DNA from: Terriglobia bacterium
GTDB taxonomy: Bacteria > Acidobacteriota > Polarisedimenticolia > Polarisedimenticolales > JAIQFR01
Assembly: GCA_963748015.1 (NCBI GenBank)
Contig: CAVVHE010000004.1
Coordinates: 2,048,001-2,112,000 of the forward strand
Direction: 5' to 3'
DNA length: 64,000 bases
Within the stretch, counting starts at the first letter, position 1; each line of letters starts with the position of its first letter. The position numbers and the translations under genes are program-made. The notes below the pieces were generated by a model. That model did no database searches, was not told where the DNA came from, and saw nothing but the letters and a program-made list of their open reading frames with translations. Shown piece by piece: positions 19,239-35,835 of this stretch.

Positions 19239-20549
19239 TCAGGCCTCGGGGGAGAGCCGGCGGTAGGTCCAGACCGCAACGAGCACGGCGGAGGCGAGTA
19301 GCAGCGCGCCGGTGGCCTGATGGGCGGTGGCGACCGCGAGGCGCAGACCCTGCGGCAGCGCGGCGCTCTCCTCCATCCCCACCACGGCGTAGGCGCCGAG
19401 GCCCAGCGCGACCTGCACCCCCGCGATCCCGGCGAGCGTCGCGCCGAGCCGCCCGAGCAGCCGGTCGTCCCGGTTGTTCCCCCACGCCCGCAGCCCCGCC
19501 GCGACCGCCACCGGGGCGACCACGGCCGCCATCGCGACGTGCACCATCAGGCCGTGAGCGAGGTGGCGCTGGATCGCCCCGAGCACGAGCTGAACGAGCA
19601 GGAGGCCTACCGCGGCCGGGGCGAGGAGCCGGTCGGTTCCCGCGTGCCGCGCGCGAGCGGGTCCCGCCGGGTCCTTGAACGCTGGCGACGTGAAGGCCGC
19701 GAGCGCGACCATCGTGGCGAAGAAGAGCTGGCCGAGCGCGCCGTGGATCACGGCCAGCGCGATGTTCGGCGAGGTGGCGGCGGGGTCCTGGCTCAGGGTG
19801 AGCGTCCCGGTAACCCGGAGGCCGCCCAGCACCCCCTGCGCGACGACCATCGCGACCGCCACGAGGGAGAGCCGACGCACCCAGCGCCGCGTCTCGACGC
19901 GATGGAGGTGGATCGCGAGGACGACCGTGGTCAGGCCGATGAGCGACCCGAAGAGGCGGTGGGCGTGCTCGTAGTAGATCCCGCCGGTCATCCGGGAGAG
20001 AGGGTAGAGGAACATGTTGTAGCCGAACGAATTCGGCCAGTCCACGACCGACAGTCCGGCCTTGGCGCTCGTCACCACCCCGCCGACGATCACGAGGAGG
20101 AAGGTCGCTCCCGCCGCGACGCGCGCGAACGCCGCGGTCCAGTCGGCGGGCGCCGCGTCCGGCCGGCGCGTGCGCGCGCCGATCGCCGCTCCCGCCGCTC
20201 CGAGGGCGGCCGTGAGGACGACCGACCCCGGCAGCCACAGCAGCGCCGACGGGACGACCTCGTTCGGCCGGTCTCCCCCGAGCAGGCTTCCCAGGACCAG
20301 GAGGTTGACGAGCCCCGCGAGCAGCCCGGCGTAAGCCCCGCCGCGCACCCCGCGTCCGGCGGCGCGCCCCGCGACGACACCGCCGCCGAGGAAGCAGAGC
20401 ACCACGAGAGCGAGCACCGCTCCGCTCGGGACCGACACGGCCGGCAGGCGGCAGACGTACCCCGCGCCCCACGCCGCGGCGCTCGTGCCGAATCCGATCG
20501 CCAGGATGTCCGCGGCCCCCCTCGGGGACGCGGCGCCGCCGCCATTCAT
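19239..20549 (-). CDS. ctaA: Heme A synthase (COX15/CtaA) with N-terminal membrane extension
   Basis: GGVVTSAKAGLSVVDWP, EHAHRLFG, QGVLGGLRV, IHGALGQ and AHQATG; lies near a caa3 operon. Confidence 0.85.
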   Translation of the reverse strand: MNGGGAASPRGAADILAIGFGTSAAAWGAGYVCRLPAVSVPSGAVLALVVLCFLGGGVVAGRAAGRGVRGGAYAGLLAGLVNLLVLGSLLGGDRPNEVVPSALLWLPGSVVLTAALGAAGAAIGARTRRPDAAPADWTAAFARVAAGATFLLVIVGGVVTSAKAGLSVVDWPNSFGYNMFLYPLSRMTGGIYYEHAHRLFGSLIGLTTVVLAIHLHRVETRRWVRRLSLVAVAMVVAQGVLGGLRVTGTLTLSQDPAATSPNIALAVIHGALGQLFFATMVALAAFTSPAFKDPAGPARARHAGTDRLLAPAAVGLLLVQLVLGAIQRHLAHGLMVHVAMAAVVAPVAVAAGLRAWGNNRDDRLLGRLGATLAGIAGVQVALGLGAYAVVGMEESAALPQGLRLAVATAHQATGALLLASAVLVAVWTYRRLSPEA

Positions 20550-20553
20550 CGCG

Positions 20554-21576
20554 CTAGCTCGCGACCCGCAGGGTCGCGGCGATCTTCACCAGCCTGTCGA
20601 TCTCGGTGGCGCTCGCCCCCGCGCAGAACACGTGCATCGCAAACTCCTTCCGCCCCGGGTAGGGAACGATCGCCTCCGCGTGCTCGACCCCGCCCGACGC
20701 CCAACGGTGCCACTCGGCGCCCGCCGTCCCGAGGAGGTCGGCCTTCTTCTTGGTCACGGTGACCTTGCTCCCGTCCTTCGCGGCGGCGTCCTCCTGGACG
20801 TGAAGGTACAAGGGCCGCTTGCCGACGTAGATGCCCAGGACGGGCACGCCGTCGCCGAGTTTCGGGAGGATCCGGAAGTAGTGCATCGAGAAGTCCGGCG
20901 CCTGCTGGTGGGTGTCCACGGTCCCTTCCGGCACCATGAGGACGACCTTGTCCGTGTCCTGCACGCCGCGGAAAGAGCGCTCGCCGGCGGAGGTGGCCAG
21001 CCGCTTCGGGCCGGGCGCCACGGTCTCCGCGACCCTGCGGGCGAGGGCGGTCGCTCCCGCGACGTCCTTGGCGGCGTCCGGATCCAGGAAGTAGCTCACC
21101 ATCTGGACGGTCCCGTCGGTGTGGAGGACGTACTCGCCGAGGGCCAGCCAGGCCTCCCGCTTCGGGTCGGGCGGACCCTTCGGCGAGATCAGCACGGCGG
21201 GCCGGCCCGACGGGAGCGCCTTGGGCTCGATCGCGTAGCGGTCGGCCCAGCGGGCCTTGACGGCGGGCTCGAGGGCGTCGGCGGTCGAGCGGGCGAACAC
21301 CTCGTACGCCAGGATCATCATGCGCTCGCCACCTGCGTCCACGACGACGCGCGTCTCCTCCTCGGTCAACGGATTGGCGGACGCGACGTTGGCCTGGCGC
21401 GCCTCGATGCGGGCCCCCACGGGAAGCCGAGCCTCGATGCGGCCGCCGAGGAGGGCGGTCGGTTTCTCCTCGAGCGCCAGCGTGCCCAGTTTGCCTGCCG
21501 CCGCGGGGCCGGCGGCCACGCCGCCGGCGAGCAAGGAGCACACCAGCAAGGTCCGGATGCGAACTCGCGTCCTCAT
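20554..21576 (-). CDS. Secreted hypothetical protein, co-oriented with ctaA
   Basis: Signal peptide, GGAGGG RBS, GC3 bias; stop lies 4 nt from the ctaA start. Confidence 0.7.
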   Translation of the reverse strand: MRTRVRIRTLLVCSLLAGGVAAGPAAAGKLGTLALEEKPTALLGGRIEARLPVGARIEARQANVASANPLTEEETRVVVDAGGERMMILAYEVFARSTADALEPAVKARWADRYAIEPKALPSGRPAVLISPKGPPDPKREAWLALGEYVLHTDGTVQMVSYFLDPDAAKDVAGATALARRVAETVAPGPKRLATSAGERSFRGVQDTDKVVLMVPEGTVDTHQQAPDFSMHYFRILPKLGDGVPVLGIYVGKRPLYLHVQEDAAAKDGSKVTVTKKKADLLGTAGAEWHRWASGGVEHAEAIVPYPGRKEFAMHVFCAGASATEIDRLVKIAATLRVAS

Positions 21577-21689
21577 GAAAACCCTCCGTCATTGCGTTGA
21601 TACAACCCAGCATGCGTGACCTCGGGGCGGATTTCAAGTGCGGGAGCTCCCCGGGACCGCCGGGCCGCGAACGGGGTAAGATGAGCGCC

Positions 21690-22778
21690 ATGGGCGAGAA
21701 GGCGAGGATGCTGACGATGCGCTCGGGAGGTTGGGTGCTCCTCCTGGCGGCGGTTTTGACGCTGGGGGCCGCGGCCTGGCGAGTGCTCCCCGTCTTGCTT
21801 TCCCCCCGCTCGCGTGCGATCGGCGACGGGAAGGACGTCGCGAGCTACCGCTTCGACCTCGCGACCTGCCTCGTCGCCCCGGGCCGGATCGCGGCGTCGG
21901 GTCTGCCGAAGGACGGGCTGCCCGCGCTGACCCGCCCGCGTCTCGCGAGCGCTTCCGAGGCGGAATCGGCCCCGGCGGGGCACGGCAGGTACCTCGTCGG
22001 CGGCGACCGCGTCGTGGGCGTCGCGGTCGGCGGCGAGGCGCGCGCGTACCCCCTCCGCGTGCTGGCGTGGCACGAGGTGGTCAACGACGTCATCGGCGGC
22101 GTCCCGGTCGCCGTGACCTACAACCCGCTCTCGGAAGGGGTCGCCGTGCTCGACCGGCGCGTCGCGGGCGAGGTCCTCGATTTCGGCGTGAGCGGGCTGC
22201 TCTACAACTCGACGCTCCTGATGTACGACCGCCGCCCGGGCGGGGCCGGGGAGAGCCTCTGGAGCCAGCTCGAGGCCCGCGCCGTCACCGGGCCCGCGGC
22301 CTCCCTTCGAAGGACGCTCGCCGTTCTCCCCTGCTCCCTCACGCGCTGGTCGGACTGGCGCGGCGCCTTCCCTCACACCACCGTGATGACCCCCGACGAC
22401 GCGACGGCCGAGAAGTACCAGCGCGAGCCCTACGGAACCTACTTCAACTCCGACCGCTTCGTCGTCCCCGTGCACCCGCTCCCGCCCGCCGGCGGCCTCC
22501 CCCTCAAGGCCCGCATCCTCGCCGTGCCCTCCGCCGCCGGAGGCTGGCAGGTCATCCCCCTCGACACCGACCGTCCCCCCGCGCCCCCCGTCGTCACGGT
22601 TCGCGCCGGCTCCGCCGAGCTCCGCATCGACTACACCGTCCGCCCCGCCTCCGTCCGCCTCGTGAGCCCCACCACCGAACCCGTCCCCGTCTTCTACGCC
22701 TTCTGGTTCGCCTGGTACGCCACCCACGTCGGGTCGGACATTACTGGCGTAACCGTCCTCGGCGACCAGCCGCGGTAA
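21690..22778 (+). CDS. DUF3179-domain membrane-anchored protein
   Basis: PKDGLPALT, ARAYPLRVLAWHEVVND, FGVSGLLYNS.LLMYDR, SLWSQ and FWFAWYA motifs; start approximate (TAAGAT 7 nt upstream). Confidence 0.85.
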   Translation: MGEKARMLTMRSGGWVLLLAAVLTLGAAAWRVLPVLLSPRSRAIGDGKDVASYRFDLATCLVAPGRIAASGLPKDGLPALTRPRLASASEAESAPAGHGRYLVGGDRVVGVAVGGEARAYPLRVLAWHEVVNDVIGGVPVAVTYNPLSEGVAVLDRRVAGEVLDFGVSGLLYNSTLLMYDRRPGGAGESLWSQLEARAVTGPAASLRRTLAVLPCSLTRWSDWRGAFPHTTVMTPDDATAEKYQREPYGTYFNSDRFVVPVHPLPPAGGLPLKARILAVPSAAGGWQVIPLDTDRPPAPPVVTVRAGSAELRIDYTVRPASVRLVSPTTEPVPVFYAFWFAWYATHVGSDITGVTVLGDQPR

Positions 22779-22950
22779 GTTACTGAATGACGCATGGTTG
22801 CGTCCATTCGGCCAAGAGCGGCCGGGGGCCAGGGTCGTCAGGGCAAATGTGTAGGTACTCGAGGAGAACTCAAGCTCGCAAGCTCTTCGGAGACAGGGGG
22901 TTAGAGCCCATGTGCCCGAAAACTGTCACGCCGGCAATGGGTGACCCCAG

Positions 22951-23307
22951 CTACGGCTTTATCCCCGGGGCGTAGTTCGGGATCAGGTCGGGCTGGTAGG
23001 TCGTCGTGTCGAGCAGGGCGAGGCCGACGAAGAGCACCAGGAAGAGGAGCGCCACGACGAACACGATGGCGTTCACCGGCGCGTCGTACCTGAGGTGCAT
23101 GAAGTAGAGCAGGACCAGCGTGGCCTTCGCGGTCGCGATCCCGAGGGCGAGCCAGAGGTTCATGCTGCCGAGGTCGAGCCACGTCGCCGCGACCGTCGCC
23201 CAGGTGAGGACGAGGAGCGTCGCGAGAACCAGCAGGAGGGTGCGGATCGGCACCGCGTGAGCCGTCTCGCCGTGATCGGTCTCCGCTGCCGCGGTCGTGT
23301 GCGCCAT
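22951..23307 (-). CDS. ctaF: caa3-type cytochrome c oxidase subunit IV
   Basis: LLVLTWATV...ALGIATAKATLVLLYFMHLRY motif; 3 TM helices; last gene of the cox operon. Confidence 0.88.
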   Translation of the reverse strand: MAHTTAAAETDHGETAHAVPIRTLLLVLATLLVLTWATVAATWLDLGSMNLWLALGIATAKATLVLLYFMHLRYDAPVNAIVFVVALLFLVLFVGLALLDTTTYQPDLIPNYAPGIKP

Positions 23308-23323
23308 GGGTCCTCGCCTCCGG

Positions 23324-24073
23324 TCAGTGGATCAGGTACAGGAGCGGGAACAGGTAGATCCAGATCAGGTCCACCACGTGCCAGTAGAGGCCGACCAGAT
23401 CCACCGGGGTGTAGTACTCGGATCCGAACGCGCCGCGGCTCGCGCGGAACAGGAGCCACGAGATCGCGCCCATGCCCCCGATCACGTGAATCCCGTGCAG
23501 CCCCGTCATGAGGAAGTAGATGCCGAAGAAGAGCTGCACGTTCTTCGGCGAGCCGGTCGTCCCAGGGATCGGCCCTCCGCCGGGCTCCCCTTCGGGCAGC
23601 GGGTGGTGGGCGTCGGGGTGTCCGCCCGCGTGCTCGACGCCGACGGGCCGGTAGCTCTTGCCCCACAGCAGTCCGTGCTTCCACTTGTGCTCGTACTCGA
23701 CCGCCTTGATCCCCAGGAACCCGAAGCCCCCAAGGAGCGTCAGGGCCAGCAGGACCTTGAGCCCCTTCTGCTTCCCCAGCTGCGCGCAGCGGACCGCCCA
23801 CGCCATCGTGAGCGAGCTGCAGAGCAGGACCACCGTGTTGATCCCGCCCAGCTTCACGTCGAGGAAGCGGTGCGCGTAGATGAAGACCTCGGGGTGGCTC
23901 GCGCGGTACACGGCGTACGCGCAGAACAGCCCGCCGAACAGCAGGATCTCGGTCGCCAGGAAGATCCACATCCCCAGCTTCGCCGAGGCGAACTGCTGCC
24001 CCGGCGTATCGAAGTGATGCGCCAGGTGCTTGTTCCCGGAGTGCGCGTGTCCCTCGCCCGCGGCGACGCCCAT
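23324..24073 (-). CDS. ctaE: Cytochrome c oxidase subunit III
   Basis: GMWIFLATEILLFGGLF, NTVVLLCSS, TGLHGIHV and GLYWHVVDLIWIYLFPLLYL. Confidence 0.94.
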   Translation of the reverse strand: MGVAAGEGHAHSGNKHLAHHFDTPGQQFASAKLGMWIFLATEILLFGGLFCAYAVYRASHPEVFIYAHRFLDVKLGGINTVVLLCSSLTMAWAVRCAQLGKQKGLKVLLALTLLGGFGFLGIKAVEYEHKWKHGLLWGKSYRPVGVEHAGGHPDAHHPLPEGEPGGGPIPGTTGSPKNVQLFFGIYFLMTGLHGIHVIGGMGAISWLLFRASRGAFGSEYYTPVDLVGLYWHVVDLIWIYLFPLLYLIH

Positions 24074-24091
24074 CTCGAATTCTCCCTAGGG

Positions 24092-25782
<1,691 letters not shown>

Positions 25783-25793
25783 GGACCTCTCCC

Positions 25794-26803
25794 TCACTTC
25801 TCGAGCGTCTTCAGGTACTCGATGATGGCGGTGATCTCGCTGTCCTTCAGCCGTCCCTGGTAGGTCGGCATCACCGGCTGGAACCCCGCCACGACCTTGG
25901 CCGCGGGATCGAGGATGGACTCGCGGAGGTAGTTCTCGTCCGCGATCACGCGCTTGCCCCCGTCGAGCGGCACGTCGTGCCCGAACAGCCCCTTGAACGT
26001 CGGCCCGGTGCCGGGACGCCCGTCGACGGTGTGACACTGCGCGCAGCCGCGCGGAGGAGTAGAGCTTCGCCCCGGCCTCCGCGGGAGAGAGCTTCGTCGA
26101 GGAAGTTCGCCGCGCCGTCGAGCCACTTCTCGAACTCGCCGGGCGGGTGCACGACCACGGTCGTGTGCATGTCGGAGTGGCTGGTCCCGCAGTACTCGGC
26201 GCAGAACAGGTCGTACTCGCCGGGCGTCGTCGCCTGGAACCACGCCTTCGTGTACCGGCCGGGGACCGCGTCCTTCTTCACGCGAAAGGCGGGAACGAAG
26301 AAGCTGTGGATGACGTCCTCGGAGGTGAGGACGATGCGGATCGGCGTGTCCACCGGCACGTGGAGCCGGTCGTCCACGTAACCGTTCGGATAGGTGAACG
26401 TCCACTTCCACTTCTGCCCGTTGACGAGGATCTCGTAGGCGTTGGCCGGAGGGGTGGCCAGGTCGAGGAACCCCTTGAACCCCTGCCAGAAGATCACGAT
26501 CACCAGCGCGAGCGGGATGATCGTCCAGGTCAGCTCGAGCGGCGTGTTGTGGCTCGGCGAGTCGCCCGCCTCGCGCCCCACCCGTCGCCGGTAGCGAATG
26601 ACGAACACGACCAGGAGGGCGACGATCAGCAGGAAGAAGAACAGCGAGATCCCGTAGATCAGCGCGAAGACGCGATCGACGCCCTCGGCGGACGTCGACG
26701 CGCCTCGCGGAAGCCAGAACGAGGGGTCGTTCGGCCCCGCCGCCCCCAGCCCGATGCGATCCAGAACGCCGTTGAGTAGACCCAAGGTGCGGACTCTCGT
26801 CAC
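25794..26803 (-). CDS. ctaC: Cytochrome c oxidase subunit II with C-terminal cytochrome c (caa3); frameshifts near 26050-26095
   Basis: DVIHSFFVP and [12 protein letters not shown] (CuA); CAQCH and MPTY in a shifted frame; GTGA overlap with the SCO stop. Confidence 0.92.
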
Positions 26804-27657
26804 GAGGTCGGTCTCCGCCTCTTCTCGCGGACCCAAAGGAACGACAGCGCGACGGCCAGGATCGCCGCGGTCAGCGCGCCGCCCACCTGCATCAGCCTCA
26901 TCGCGACGGGCGCGTAGCGCCCGGCGGATGCGTCATAGTGGAAACAGAAGAGGACGAACTGGTCCATCGGGGTGCCGATCCCGCCGCGCGAGGCCTCGAC
27001 GAGCGAGAGGCGCAGCGTCTTCGGCTCGAACTCGACGCCGGCGAGCGTCCGCGAGACCTTTCCGTCCGGGGTGATCACGAAGATCGCCGCCGGGTGCGCG
27101 TACTGCTTGTCCTCCTCGACGTACCGGTAGCCGAAGCCGACCGCGGCGGCGAGCGGCTTGATCGCCTCCTCGCGGCCGGTCAGGAAACGCCACCCGTCCC
27201 CCACCCCCGGCTTTCCGAGATCCTCGAGGTAGTTCTGCTTCTTCTCGCGCGCGAGCGCCGGGGTCTCGGTGGGGTCGATGCTCACCGTGACGATCTCGAA
27301 GTCGCGCCCGGGTTCGAGCTTCAGATTCTTGAGCGAATCCACCAGCCCGTTCAGGATGAGGGTGCACAGCATCGGGCAGCGGTAGTAGTTGAGGGTGAGG
27401 ATCACCGGCCGGGCCGGCCGGAAGAAGTCGCGAAGCCGGACCGGCTTGCCGTCCTCGTCGGTGAACGCGAGATCGAGCGGCACCTGGTTGTCGAGGCGGT
27501 CCGTGAGGCCGACGCCGTCGAGCCCCTTCGGCCCTGCCTCGACGCGCTCGGCACGAGGCGGCTCGGTTCGTTCGGCCGCCGCCGGCGCCGACACCGCTGC
27601 GAAGACGAGTCCGAGGACCATCGCCGCCACGATCCGACTGCTGTTCCGCCGCTTCAT
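26800..27657 (-). CDS. SCO family copper chaperone
   Basis: YYRCPMLC (CxxxC), SIDPTET, WRFLTG and YAHPA; C-terminal TM helix. Confidence 0.92.
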   Translation of the reverse strand: MKRRNSSRIVAAMVLGLVFAAVSAPAAAERTEPPRAERVEAGPKGLDGVGLTDRLDNQVPLDLAFTDEDGKPVRLRDFFRPARPVILTLNYYRCPMLCTLILNGLVDSLKNLKLEPGRDFEIVTVSIDPTETPALAREKKQNYLEDLGKPGVGDGWRFLTGREEAIKPLAAAVGFGYRYVEEDKQYAHPAAIFVITPDGKVSRTLAGVEFEPKTLRLSLVEASRGGIGTPMDQFVLFCFHYDASAGRYAPVAMRLMQVGGALTAAILAVALSFLWVREKRRRPTS

Positions 27658-27688
27658 CCCGTTCCAACCCCTAAATAGGACCAACGCG

Positions 27689-27710
27689 GTCCGTAATATA
27701 CAACACGGAC
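27689..27710 (-). promoter_or_regulatory. Candidate internal promoter/operator for sco-cta genes
   Basis: GTCCGT-N10-ACGGAC inverted repeat enclosing a minus-strand TATATT -10-like hexamer in an AT-rich patch. Confidence 0.4.
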
Positions 27711-27743
27711 GCGAACTCGAAAAGAGGGGGGCGGCGCGGCGAA

Positions 27744-28460
27744 TCAGGGGATCGCGCCCTCCGGAACGGCCCAGCGGTACAGCTCGACCGCGAGGCGCCC
27801 GGCCTTGATCGCGGGATCCTCCGCGCAGAGGGCCTTGAGGCGCTCGGGATCGTCGGTGCGGAAGACGAAGATCCCGCGGAGGACGCCGTCCTCCCCCATC
27901 GGCCCGGCGATGGCGAGGTCTCCGGAGTCCGCCATCTTGTTGATGTTCGCCATGTGCCCCTTCTGGATCTCCTCGAGCTTCTCCTTGGGGTACTGCGGCG
28001 CGCTCGGCGGGCGATTGAGGAGCCCGATCCAGCGGGCGGTGAGGCGGGTGACGTCGGTGGTCTTCTTCAGGATGCCGTCCGCCGCCCACCACGGGTGGAC
28101 CTCGGGCACGTCGCGCCCGGCCTTCACCCACGGATCGTCCTTGACGACCGTCTCGGCCTCCGCCTTCGTCGGCACGTCGAGCACCATCGCGGCGCGGAGG
28201 TCCCCGCCCCTCTCGATCGGCCCCGACACGAGCACCGTCCCCACCGCGTGCAGCTTCTTCAACCAGGCGAGATACGCTTCCTGCGTCGCCTGGACCACCC
28301 GCTCGTCCATGAACTTCGGGCTGCCGGCCTGCCGGATCAGGACGAGCTGGTAGGTCTTCATGGTGTACTTGGGAGGCGCCTTGTCCTCCGCCCGGGCGCC
28401 CGCGATCGCCGACGCCGCGAGGACGAGGAGAAGGGGCAACGGGGCGCGCCGCGTTCTCAT
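27744..28460 (-). CDS. Secreted tandem YciI/YCII-domain protein
   Basis: Signal peptide; two repeats ending DDPWVKAG and EDPAIKAG; GHMANINKM...LAIAGPM in the second domain. Confidence 0.82.
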   Translation of the reverse strand: MRTRRAPLPLLLVLAASAIAGARAEDKAPPKYTMKTYQLVLIRQAGSPKFMDERVVQATQEAYLAWLKKLHAVGTVLVSGPIERGGDLRAAMVLDVPTKAEAETVVKDDPWVKAGRDVPEVHPWWAADGILKKTTDVTRLTARWIGLLNRPPSAPQYPKEKLEEIQKGHMANINKMADSGDLAIAGPMGEDGVLRGIFVFRTDDPERLKALCAEDPAIKAGRLAVELYRWAVPEGAIP

Positions 28461-28502
28461 CGTGAATCCCCCGTTCCCCCGCGGCGTCCGCGGGAAGGAC
28501 CG

Positions 28503-28817
28503 CTACTTCGCCCCCGCCGGTTTCGCGCCGGACTCGCGGGCGACGAGCTCCATCGCCCGGTCGATCGGGATCGCGACGACCCCCTTCTGCGGATCCACGA
28601 CGCGGTAGCCGTTCAGGCGGCCGAGCTGCTCGGCGCGGAGGCTCTCCAGTTCGGCCGCGGGCGCGCTGGTCACCTTGCGGGCCAGCTCGGCGTCCTCGGC
28701 GTGCCGGAAGATCGCCTGCAGGAAGACGATCGCCACGAACAAGAGGATCGCGCCGACGAGGCCGACGACGACCGTCAGCGGGGTGTTGGGATCGCCGCCG
28801 TCCTTCACGCCGCGCAC
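28503..28817 (-). CDS. Small single-TM protein downstream of actF (ActG-like accessory subunit candidate)
   Basis: One TM helix, then LNGYRVVDPQKGVVAIPIDRAMELV; start 1 nt after the actF stop. Confidence 0.65.
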   Translation of the reverse strand: MRGVKDGGDPNTPLTVVVGLVGAILLFVAIVFLQAIFRHAEDAELARKVTSAPAAELESLRAEQLGRLNGYRVVDPQKGVVAIPIDRAMELVARESGAKPAGAK

Positions 28818-28818
28818 C

Positions 28819-30026
28819 TCACACGTTCTCGAAGCGGAGCGACTCGCCGAGCCGCGGGTCCTTGAGGGGTACGAGGGGCAACGTCTTGAGGCGCGCCGCC
28901 GCGGCGGCGAAGACGAGGCCGCCGATCGCGACGAAGCAGAGCGCGTCGAGGAGCCCCGGCGTCCCGGACGCGCGCCCCGGCTTCACGAGCCAGTAGAGAT
29001 CCGCCAGGTGCATGAGGAGGATCCACGCGGCCATCGGGATCAGCATCCCCGGCCGGCGCTTCGGGAAGCGGGACAGCAGGGCCACGAACGGGAGCAGGAA
29101 GTGGCCGGCGAGCAGCAGCACGCTCACCCAGACCCAGCCCCCCTGCTGACGCGTCCGGTACCAGACGGTCTCCTCGGGCAGGTTGGCGTACCACATGAGC
29201 ATGTACTGCGAGAAGGCGATGTACGCCCAGAAGACGACGAAGGCGAAGACCAGCTTGCCCATGTCGTGGTAGTGCTCCATCGACACCGCGTGGCGCATGT
29301 ACCCGCGCCCCTGGAGCAGGGAAACCAGGAGGGGCAACAGCGCGAAGAAGCCGACGACGGCCCCCGCGAAGAAGTACACGCCGAAGATCGTGCTGGACCA
29401 GTGCGGGTTCAGCGACATCAGCCAGTCGAACGCGAAGAACGTCACGGTCAGCGCGAAGAGGATCGTCCCCGGCGCCGCGAGACGCTCGAGCCCGACGGTG
29501 AGCTTCGGGTCGCCCGTGGCATCCTGCGCTCGCGAGCGCGAGCCGAAGCGCCAGGCGAGCGAGATCCAGACGGTGAAGTAGACCGCGGCGCGCGCGACGA
29601 AGAACGGGACGTTGAGGTACGCCCGCTTCGCCTCGATCGCGGCCGCGTGCGCGCCGTGCGCCCCGTGCGCCCCGCCGGCCCACGGGTAGAGCTCGCCCAG
29701 CCCGAACAGGAGGGGGATCCCGAGGATCGCGAGCGGCAACAGGGTCGAGGCGACGATTTCGGCGAGCCGGCGCACGACGACGCTCCAGCCGGCCCGCGTC
29801 AGGTGCTGCAGCATCACGAAGAACAGCGCGCCGAGAGCCAGGCTCAGGAAGAACACGCAGCCCACGAGCCACGCGTAAGGAACCGGCTCCACCCCGCGCC
29901 GCCGTACGCCGCACCGAGCGCACCGAGAAGCGCGACGATGCCCACGACGCCGCCGGTCAGCGCCCAGCGCCCCGCCCGCTCTCCGACGACGAGCGCGTCC
30001 TTCGAGATGTCCGCGGGGCCGTGCAC
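28819..30026 (-). CDS. actF: Alternative complex III membrane subunit ActF (frameshift near 29880)
   Basis: [45 protein letters not shown] and [18 protein letters not shown]. Confidence 0.9.
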
Positions 30027-30042
30027 GCTACTCCCCTCGATC

Positions 30043-30691
30043 TCAGCGGAGCCCGGAGCGGACGTCCTGGGGGACGTCCTCGATCCGGGCGTTCTGGCTC
30101 CGCTGCAGCGCCCGGACGTAGGCCACGATCGCCCAGCGGTCCTCGACGGGATCTGCGGGCCGTAGGCCGGCATCGTTCGGATGCCGTTGCGTGATCGTGT
30201 TGAAGAGGTGCCCCGCCGGCCTCGCGCGGACCGCGTCGGCGTGGAAGGACGAGCGGCGGCACCCAGGTCCCTTCCTGCAGGCGGTCGGCGCGCTTCGCGA
30301 CGATGCCGTCGCCGTACCCGGCGAGGCCGTGGCACGGGGCGCAGTAGATGCCGAAGCGCTCCTGGCCGCGCTTCATGAGCGACTCGGTGACCGGCACCGG
30401 GATCGCCGTCGACCCAGTCCCGTCGGTCTTGCCCGGTGGTCAGCGCCTCGTCCTCGTCGCAGCTGGCCGCGCGCCACGGTTCCCGGCGACCGGGAGCGCT
30501 GCCGCGCGCCCGTCGGCGAAGAGCGGGTTCGCGCTGCTGGCTCTTGAACTCGGCCTGGTTCGTCCATGTCCGGAACGAGCTGGATCCGCGGCCGCGGGGA
30601 CAGGCGTACCGCGCGCCGCCGCGACGCAGCGCGAACGGCACGAGGCCAGGGCCGCGAGGAGGACGAGGGCGAAGACGACCCAGCGCGGCAT
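30043..30691 (-). CDS. actE: Alternative complex III monoheme cytochrome c ActE (frameshifted)
   Basis: [15 protein letters not shown] heme motif and [10 protein letters not shown] in another frame; position between actD and actF. Confidence 0.85.
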
Positions 30692-30694
30692 CGC

Positions 30695-31246
30695 TCAGTC
30701 CTCCACCGGCTCGACGTGGACGTCCGCCGAGCGACGCCAGGAGCGCCGCGCGTCTTCTCCGGATCGAACTTCGGGTCCGCCGCCTCGATCGCTGATGAAG
30801 AAGCGGTCCGTCGTCGCGCGCCGGAACCGCTCGTTGCGCGAAGAGCGGGTGGTGAAGCGCGGGAGCCCGTTCAGCGCCAGCATCCCGACGAACGCGGCGA
30901 GCGCGCCAGGAGGATCGTCAGCTCGAACGCGACCGGGATGTTCGCCGGCAGGCTGAAGAGCGGCTTGCCGCTGATCAGGAACGGGTAGTCGACGGCGTTC
31001 GTCCACCACTGCAGCAGGATGCCGCCGACCGCCCCCGCGAGCCCGCCGCCGAGCACGAGCCACGGCAGCTGCGTCGAGCCGGATGCCCATCGCGTCGTCG
31101 AGGCCGTGCACCGGGAACGGCGTGTGGGCGTCCCAGCTGCCTGAAGCCCGCGTCGCGCACCTTCTCGCAGGCCGCGAGCAACGCCTCCGGCCGTCGCGAA
31201 CTCGGCGAGCACGCCGTCGAGGCGCGGCTTCGCCGGCGCTCGCCGC

Positions 31247-31250
<4 letters not shown>
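30695..31250 (-). CDS. actD: Alternative complex III ActD (DUF3341), frameshifted
   Basis: HGLDDAMG and DYPFLISGKPLFSLPANIPVAFELTIL; ATGA overlap with actC. Confidence 0.88.
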
Positions 31251-32748
<1,498 letters not shown>

Positions 32749-32750
32749 GC

Positions 32751-35822
<3,072 letters not shown>

Positions 35823-35835
<13 letters not shown>

